From Peribolospora baueri (taxonomy: Eukaryota), in NCBI GenBank assembly GCA_029717555.1, contig JAMDHS010000078.1, positions 62,001 through 93,612 on the forward strand: DNA of 31,612 nucleotides, in the 5' to 3' direction. The number at the start of each line of letters is the position of its first letter. Position 1 is the stretch's first letter. The notes below the pieces were generated by a model. It searched no databases, had not been told where the DNA came from, and worked only from the letters and a program-made list of their open reading frames with translations. Position numbers and translations under genes: made by a program. This document shows, one piece after another, positions 24,027 through 31,612 of the stretch.

Positions 24027-24592
24027 GGAGGAGGGCGGGGGGCAAGGTAAGAAGGGGATGAGGGGGGTGAGACCGACGAGGTACGGCGAGTGGTGGCGAG
24101 CGGTGGGAGGAAGATGGTGGACCGCCGCGTCGGCCCCGTCTGCCCACTCGCGCCGAGCTGAACCGGCCGAGGTGTGCGCGACCACCGCCGCTGTCGAGGC
24201 TATCGCGGGGCTGCGACAATGAGAATAGAAATTGGCGGGCTGGGCTGAGCGTTAATGATTGAGGCGGAGGAGAGAATCGAGGGGACGAGCTCCGGCTGCA
24301 ATGACGGACGTTCACGTTGTCCTGGTCACCGACGGGCCGCGTCGAGCAGATCGAGCCGGGCGAGGCAGGCGTAGGCGATCGACCACGTGCTTGGTTCATT
24401 TCAATGCGGCGCCGAGAAGGAGGTACGAATAGCAAGGTACAAAGGTACGGGAGAATGGTCTCTGCGGTCCCGCAACGTAACTCGATGTGGTCTCTCGTAC
24501 AACGCGGTCCGGCAAGTCGACGCAAGATGGCAGCAGCGGAGCCTTCAACGACCTCCTTCGGCCCCGTGACAGTCCCCCGTCTCCATCCAGCT

Positions 24593-25853
24593 CTACTCTT
24601 CCTCTCGGTCGTGCTGAACCGCCGAGGGGCCCCCATGTTCGTTCGGCTCGTCCCCGCAATGACAGAACCCGCAACGGCAAGGCCGCCCAAAGAGCCTTTC
24701 ACCTAAGCGTTACGATGGCAATCAGACATTTCACCGCCGGTCAGATCCGAGTGAAATAATATCGTGCAACGGTGCCCCGGGGCGTGGGCGTCGTGTGCTC
24801 ACAATTGCAGAACTCATTCGGACACCGACGAGCGTTTGTCGGCGTCCCCGATCCACCACCGTCAGGACCTGCTACACCTTCCCGGATGGGTGCAAGCGGC
24901 GGCTCGTCTTCGTCGCTCGGAGGATGGCGAGGGTACGGCAAGGAACTATCTAGCCCCGGTTTCCCTTCAAGGTTGGCTATGTCTTCCCATCTTGATTCGA
25001 GTTGTGACATCTGCCCATTGGCAGCAGGCCTGGGAGGGGTAGAGGGAGGGGTGCAAGTGCATCCATGGCAGGGGCAACGGACGAAGAGGTTCTCGCCTAT
25101 GGCGCGACGGCACGAGAAATCCAGAGTGGATCAGAGTCTCGACGGGCCTTTCCCGCTGGTCTGGAAACCAGAAAAGGCCGGGAACTCACAAGAGCAATCT
25201 GTGTTGGAGCAGCTCGCAATGGCACTTCCTACAGCCAATCCCCCGCAAGGAGCATCTCTGTTCTCAAAGCTAGGAGCATCACCACCTAGCGCCAATCCCC
25301 CTTCAGCAATACCCGCTTCTCCCCGGCTTGACGCTGGCGCTTGGCCGCTAGGCTGTTCAGGCTCGCCAATGAGCTTTGGAACGGGAGGGTCTCCAGTAGC
25401 CTTCGAAGCCGACATCTTCGTCTTTTCGAGCCCGCCTTCGACCTCGGAGCCCAGGACAGGCATGCTGAGGCCCGCAGCGGACCCAGGGGTGGTGGGGTCG
25501 GGGCCTTCCTTGGAAAGCGTTTCGGCGGTGATCAAATCCTTCTTTTCGTTTGAAAAAAAATGGGGTCAGAGGGAAAAAAAAAAGTGCGGGTGGTACAAAA
25601 ACGCAGAAGGGAATATAGGTCGATATGCAACATACGCGACCGAAGCCCGGCGGGCACACTCTGAGAGTGGGGAGAGACGTACCATGCCTGCGACCACGGC
25701 TTGGACCGGCGACGTAGGGACGACGAGGTCTGTTGAGGAAGGGAAAGAGGGCTGGGTGCACTTGGACAGGTCAAGGTGGAACCGACAATAAGTAGGCCTC
25801 AGCTCGTAAGGCCATGGCTGCGTGCGTCCCTTGTTCTTGACGAGAGCAGGCAT
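24593..25853 (-). CDS. Hypothetical protein (about 308 aa) with two copies of a 7-cysteine motif
   Basis: Exons 25853-25683, 25541(or 25538)-25190, 25096-24803, 24702-24593. Donors are GTACGT, GTGAGT and GTGAGC. The frame is continuous after splicing, giving repeats CSNTDCSCENLFVRCPCHGCTC and CPNEFCNCERLFGRPCRCGFCHC. Exon 1 is the least certain. Confidence 0.75.
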
Positions 25854-26329
25854 GGTGCCGACGCTCGAAGCTCATATACCTGCGAACTCCTATTCCGTTT
25901 TTTTGCTTACGTTGGTGGAGAAGTAAACACAAGCCCGCCTCTCTAACCCAAAGCGCCCGGTCGGTCCTGCACGCGCTGGAAACAATAGCCGGCCCTCGTA
26001 GACGCGAGCGGTGGCGACGCGACGAGCATGAATGGCGGTGTGGAAGGCGGGGTCCGAGTCCAGGTAGGTTCGGAACAGCGCGGGGACCTGCCTTATTTAT
26101 TTTCGGTCTTTTAGGTATGCCATTGCGTGCAAAGCAGCGTTGACGAGTACAAAAGTCGGGCGGTGTCTTCCGCCAACCAGGCTGGCTGTACTTATACGCT
26201 CCATGCCGGACGCATACGATCACCGCGGCCTTAATTACTGCGGCACCAACAACCACGTGGTCGATCGGCCAGCCTCTGTTCGCGGCGAGGAGCCAAGCTC
26301 GCACGGCTTGAGAGAGCACCACCACCGAC

Positions 26330-27667
26330 ATGACCGTCCACGCAGTCCTCATCGGTGAGCCGGCCACAGGTCCCATGACATGGAGTGGGCGTGGACGGCG
26401 CCGGACGCTGACCTTTTTTCCCTGCCTTTTGTCGGGCTGCTGGCAGTGAACAACCACGGCAAGCCGCGGCTAAGCAAAGTGAGTGTCGAGCGTCGTCGAC
26501 CGACGTTCCCGGAGAGCGTCTCTTTCCTGCTTTATAGGCGAAACAGCTAATCGTAACCCCCTCTTACCGCACTCTCATGTGACCCAGTTCTATTCTCAAG
26601 TGCCCCTCGCAGCACAACAAGCATTCATAGCCCAGATTTTTGCTCTCGTCTCCCCTCGCCCGGACAGCGTTTGTAACTTCCTCGACGCACCCGGTCTCGT
26701 TTTGCCGTCCTCTTCTTCCGTAGACACCTCTTCCGCACCGACAACATCATCCAAGGCCAATGGAAAGGGCAGCGGAGGCGGATCGAAGGCCAAGCACAAG
26801 GCTCGAGAGTTGGGAGGGGCCGGAGAGGACCCGTCGGACAGCGCGAATGGCGGCAAGGATGAGCTGCGCGTGATCTATCGACATTACGCCACACTCTACT
26901 TTGTCTTCGTCGTCGACCAGAGCGAGAGTGAGCTGGGCGTCTTGGACCTCATCCAGGTATGTATCCGCCTCTGACGATGGACGGATGATGGTTGGGACCT
27001 GTTGTGTCTCCTCGCTGAACGAGCGTCCTACGTCCTTCCCTTGTCAGGTGTTCGTCGAATCCCTCGATCGATGTTTTGAGAACGTTTGCGAATTGGACCT
27101 TATTTTCCATTTTGACGATGTGAGCGTGCTCCATCGTCTCGCGGCACATCCCGTCCTTTCTCGTTCGACCGAGCTCATCGGCGAAATGACGCCCTTCTCT
27201 CAATAGGTACACGCCATCTTGAGCGAGGTGATACAGGGCGGGCTTGTGCTCGAGACGAACATCAACGAGATCGTAAACGGAGGTACGCAGTCCAGTTTTC
27301 TTTGGTCCTCGATCGCTTTGTAATTTGACCGAGCCGAAAGCTCAAGGATTCTCCTCCGCTCCGATTCCTTCCATGCCACACCCCAGCACAAGCATCGTCC
27401 AGAGCCCGCCGAGCCTCTTATGCATCCTCCTCACACACCTCCGTCTCCTCCTTCTCTTCATCCCTCAACCCGGCCATGTTTTCCGCCCTCCCTTCCCTCG
27501 CCTCTCCGATGGCATCCTCGCGCTCGTCCTCTATGGGAGGAGCAGGAGGGAACAGTTTGGGAGCGCCCACGGGCGCATTAGCAGGGTTGGGAAGCTTGGC
27601 GTCGCCGAACTGGAGCAGCGCTTGGACTCAGGTGCAGGGATTTGCCGGCAAGCTAGGTGGCCGATAA
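26330..27667 (+). CDS. APS3: AP-3 adaptor complex sigma subunit; 6 exons
   Basis: MTVHAVLI|VNNHGKPRLSK|FY, RPDSVCNFL, IYRHYATLYFVFVVDQSESELGVLDLIQ|VFVESLDRCFENVCELDLIFHFDD|VHAILSEVIQGGLVLETNINEI. Confidence 0.94.
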
Positions 27668-27790
27668 GGCCGGATAGCGCGGGACAAGGACTGGCACGTG
27701 TGCGCGCGTATGTGTGTGTGCGTGTCGCTGGTCGTCCTCCCAGCGCAGATAGAATGGAGGATGCGTGATACGTTAGACCCATCTTAGTGC

Positions 27791-29536
27791 TTAGCCTAGT
27801 CGGCCCACCGCCCGTCCTCGTCCTCGTCCTCGTCCGAGCAATTGTCTCAAACGATGAACCTCTTCGGTGCTCGTCTTGCAGCACCCACCGACGAACACTC
27901 CAGCCCAGGGCGATTCCCCTCCTTCCACGTGGGGACGTCGCGCGACAGCTGCTGCCTCCAGTACTTGGCTTGCCCATGCCGTCTTATCATCCTTCTCGCT
28001 ATCTTCGTTCCTACTAGGATCTGACCTTGCGACAGCCGCGCTCCGCCACTGCCGAGCTCGTCCGTCCCATATCAAGCCGCCGTCCGGAGCGAGAAACAGG
28101 TACGGCCGCAGGGACGAGTGGGCTGCCGATCGAAGCTGCTCCGACGAGAGCGCTGTCGTCATTTCCAGAACGAGAGGGAGCAGGTAATGAGGTTTGGTGC
28201 AGTTGATGCCGATGCCGACGATCAGAGGTGCCTCCCCGTCTTTTGAATCAGACCCCGGCTGGCCTGTCCCTGTCGGATCCTCTTCGCCGACAGTGCCGTA
28301 AAGCGTCTCTTTGAGGACCTTGTACACAGACGTATCCTCGTGTGGCTTTCCCCCGTCTCGGCGGGTTTCCGGAATGACGCCGTCCGGAAAAACGTAACTG
28401 ATATAGGCCGGCTTCATCCACCAGCACCACTTTCGTCGCTGTCGCCGCCCCTTTTCATTTCCCTCCGCGTCCTCACCGTCCTCACCGTAACGATCCCAGC
28501 ACCAAGCACGCAGTAGTCGCAAGGCTCTCCGAATCGCAAGGCCTTCCGTGAGGAGCGGATTTGTCTCGAAAGCAGTGAAATCGATCGACGACCACGTCCG
28601 AAGGTCAGAGGCGAAGGAGACGAGACGTGAGAAGTGGAACGAGGAGAGGAAATCGACGCTTGCTCGGTCCACCCTTCCTCCGTCTGAGTGGCCGTAGGCT
28701 CCGGTGTCTGAGCGAGCGCGTCTCCATCCGCCCCTCGAGGCGAGGTCAGCCTTTCTTTTACAAAGTCTTGCTAAATAGCTTATCCAAGACAGTACTCGAC
28801 GGAAAAATGGCAGAGCTCACTCACATTCAGCTCCGTTCCCAAGTGTCGCGCCAAATGGTCCCAAGCTGAGACCGACGAGAGGCTTGACCGCCGATATCCG
28901 AGGGCTCCCCCCCTGCAAGCCTACATTTAGGCGCGCGAAGTAATCGTCCCGAGCTTGCACGGCTAAGGCAACGCCTCGTCGCATCAGCTCCACCGCACGG
29001 TCTTCCGAATAGCCTGCGTTTCGAAAGCCTGGTAGAGATGTTTGGTAGCTGCGGGGGATAACAACGAACCAGACGGACAGGGAGGCTGACGTCAATGTCG
29101 ATGATCACTTGCTCGAGCCAAGTCCTACAAGCACAGAGACATGATCCATGAATACGTCCATACTCACGTCGATGTGAGAATCAAATCTGCGCCCGCTTCC
29201 GAAAAGTCCCTATGCGTCCGCAAGATCGCCTCCGGGTCCTTGTCGAGGAGCGCGGCCGACCAGAGCGACGAGGAGATGTCCCGGTGCAGCTTGTCTTCCA
29301 GATGTGTGGACTAAATCAGCAGAATGCGCTCATCAATGTAAATTCCTCCGCCGTCTCCTACGTTCCTTCTCCGTGGGGAAAGGCGCCTCGCTCAGCAGGG
29401 CCTGAAAGACTTGACTTACCAGACCTCCGTCCATCAGAACGATAGGCGCATATGCACGATCTTCGTCCACGTCTGCATGCGATTCTGATTCGGAAAAGCT
29501 AAACAATTGCTCAAAGCAGTCAACACTTGAATTCAT
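27791..29536 (-). CDS. Homocysteine S-methyltransferase (SAM4/MHT1/MmuM family); 4 exons
   Basis: VLMDGGL|STHLE, LWSAALL, EAGADLILTST|YQ, LSLGPFGATL..GAE|YTG, AFET, and the zinc-ligand motifs GINC and VGGCC. Confidence 0.93.
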
Positions 29537-30268
29537 CCTGTTGAAACCTCGTCGGACGGGCAGGATCGAGTGACCGAGGGGAAGGTCTTCTCAACCAGCT
29601 GGGTGTACCCGTCCGCCGTGAGATTGATACTGTATGCAGCCCCCGATCAGTGTGCCGCAGCGGCCGCCGCCTGGGCGCGTCAACGCGTCACGTGCAATGC
29701 GCGGCTGCGCCTTTTATTATGCGCCCAGGAAGGGACAGCCTGATGAAATTTAGGTCCTCGCTCGCCCACCAAGGGGGTAGGGTCATCTTCTTGTCCTCCA
29801 CCAGGAGCAGAACGTGTCGGTCTGAATTAGACAGAGTGAGCGGTGAGTCCAGTCACGTTTACGACTCCCTTGCGGGGTGCCTTTCCCTTTGCCCCCGGCG
29901 CGCTGGACGATGCACGCAGCTCTGGTCAGTGCGAGAGGGATGATGTGGTAGCTGGGTGGCTGGTCGTCGATGCGGGTCCCGTCCTGCGCAGAGAGCTGAG
30001 GTGGGGCATCGTTGGATACATCCAAGTCAACGTCTGAGAGTGCTGAAGCAGAGGACGAACGTAGACGGCGGCGGCAGACTGTGACCGGGAGTTCTCCTAT
30101 GCTCATCGCCCTCTCGTCTTCTGCGCATTCCACAGGTCCCTGGACCTCGCACACGCAAGGTTTTTCTTCTTCCGTCTCACTTTGGTCTCCCCCTCTTTTT
30201 TGGCCTCTCGGAATCAACCCTTGTCCCGAACCACCACACCAGATTCGCTCACTTCCCTCGCGCCCACC

Positions 30269-31612
30269 ATGACTTCTTTGATGGGCGAGCGCCAGCCTCT
30301 GCTGGCCCAGACACGCCAAGACGCCGAGCGTGCCCTCGGCCGATCTCTGAGCATCCCTAACATGCCAGAAGACCAAGTGCGAGGCTATGACGACGGCGAC
30401 GACACCGACGACAACGGGGACGAAGGAGCGGCCATGGTCGAACGCAGCAAAGCCGGAACGGTATTGGGCGAGAAGGCGGATGAGGTAAAGGTAAAGCTCC
30501 GTAAGCTCGTGCGCACTCCCGAGTGGCATTGGGCCATCATTGCTCTGGTGAGCACCTAACTGTTTGTGAGCTCAGCAGCTGGCGCCCGAGGTGAAGGTAC
30601 TATGTTCACGCTCCGATGTTCACTCTGACCGCTCCGTAGATTATCGTCGACGGTTGCTGCGACCTCATCTCTCTGATCTGGTTCACCAGCCACGCGTGCA
30701 CGAAGGGAGTGCCAACCGAGGAGCCCTGGTGGATTGAGACGTTTGCCACGGTGTCCCTCGTCATTACCACCTTCTTCTTGTTTGAAATCCCGATCAATAT
30801 CGTAGCCCACGGCCTCAAGTACTACTCCCACCACCTCCTCAACATGCTCGACTTGATCGTTGTTGTCACCACCTTTATCCTCGAAGTTGTGCTCCATGGG
30901 GAGGAGAAGGGCTTCGCCGGACTCATTGTCTTCCTCCGTCTTTGGCGCATCCTCAAGGTCGTCGAGGGCAGTGTCCAAGCGGCAGCTGAGGTGGGCGAGG
31001 AGAGGGCTAGGGAGCTCAAGAGGCAGCTCCATGAGGAGAAGAACCTCCGCCTTCGTATACAGGCTCAGTTGCGGGACGAGACGGAGCTGAACGACGTCGT
31101 CTCCGTTCTCAGCAAAGAGCTGGAGACGCAGAAGGAGAGGGTCAAACAAGCCGAGGACCGCCTCAAGGCCGCAGGCATCCCCGTACCATGGGACACGGCG
31201 AAGGATGATTTAGAGGCCGTGCAGACGGGAAAGAGCGTCGAGCAAGCCGCCAAGGAGGCCTCTCGGCACCCTGAGATCCACCTCGAGGACGGGCAGGACC
31301 ACGTTACTTCCGTGGAGAATGCCGGCGCACCCGTCACCCAGCTAGGACTGTCAGAGAAGAGCGCCGACACGCAGACGTCAGAGGAGAACGCCGATAGCCC
31401 CGTCACCCATGCAGGGCAACACCCTGCGTCCGAGAGGAACGTTGAAGACGCTCAGGTGGAGACTGCCGAAGTCACCCAGGATGAGACTGTTGAACACGCT
31501 AAGACGGGCGCCGAAGTCGCCCAGGAGGGGACTGCAGAACAAGCTCAGGTTGAGACCGCCAAAGTCACCCAGGAGGGGACTGCCGAAGTCGCCCAGGAGG
31601 AGACTGCCGAAC
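30269..31612 (+). CDS. Voltage-gated proton channel Hv1 (HVCN1-like), 3' truncated by the window end
   Basis: Intron 30548-30639. S1 WHWAIIAL|IIVDGCCDLISLIW, S2 ITTFFLFEIP, S3 LDLIVVVTTFILE, S4 GLIVFLRLWRILKV (RxWRxxK), followed by a coiled coil and no pore domain. Confidence 0.9.
31449..31612 (+). repeat. Coding minisatellite, 24-nt/8-aa unit (TAEV[TA]QE[GE]) in the Hv1 C-terminal tail
   Basis: ACTGCCGAAGTCACCCAGGATGAG, GCCGAAGTCGCCCAGGAGGGG, ACCGCCAAAGTCACCCAGGAGGGG, ACTGCCGAAGTCGCCCAGGAGGAG and similar units running off the window end. Confidence 0.85.

Noticed and set aside
25131..25133. Single in-frame TGA between two same-frame Cys-containing ORFs (selenocysteine, readthrough or pseudogene?)
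   Set aside because: It lies inside a canonical 93-nt GTGAGT...CATAG intron (25189-25097) whose position mirrors the intron in the second repeat.
24772..25791. Long + strand ORF (339 aa), and similar long ORFs at 3000-3689, 23761-24702, 25771-26457 and 29783-30529
   Set aside because: These are antisense or shadow frames in GC-rich DNA with no recognisable domains, mostly overlapping better-supported genes.
6341..31612. Apparent zinc-themed cluster (HNT1, COG0523, ZNF511-like, Cys-rich orphan, homocysteine methyltransferase, Hv1)
   Set aside because: Zinc proteins are common and are interspersed with unrelated trafficking genes. There is no evidence of shared regulation.

Overview
This is a GC-rich, intron-rich fungal (basidiomycete-like) genomic window holding 13 spliced protein-coding genes. 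The conserved ones are a CoA-transferase III, TRP4, HNT1, a COG0523 zinc metallochaperone, a flavin monooxygenase, MON1, a CCDC174/DUF4078 protein, a ZNF511-like protein, AP-3 sigma, a homocysteine S-methyltransferase and an Hv1 proton channel truncated at the window end. Two further genes emerge only after manual splicing: a protein with tandem SUMO-like domains, and an orphan carrying two copies of an unfamiliar 7-cysteine motif, each split by an intron at the same position. The most striking non-coding structure is at about 5071-6078, between TRP4 and HNT1. It appears to be a dead Mutator-like transposase relic whose middle has been replaced by an inverted segment pairing with both flanks, giving two adjacent long hairpins reminiscent of maize Mu killer. 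All gene models were built by eye, and family calls come from remembered motifs, not database searches.
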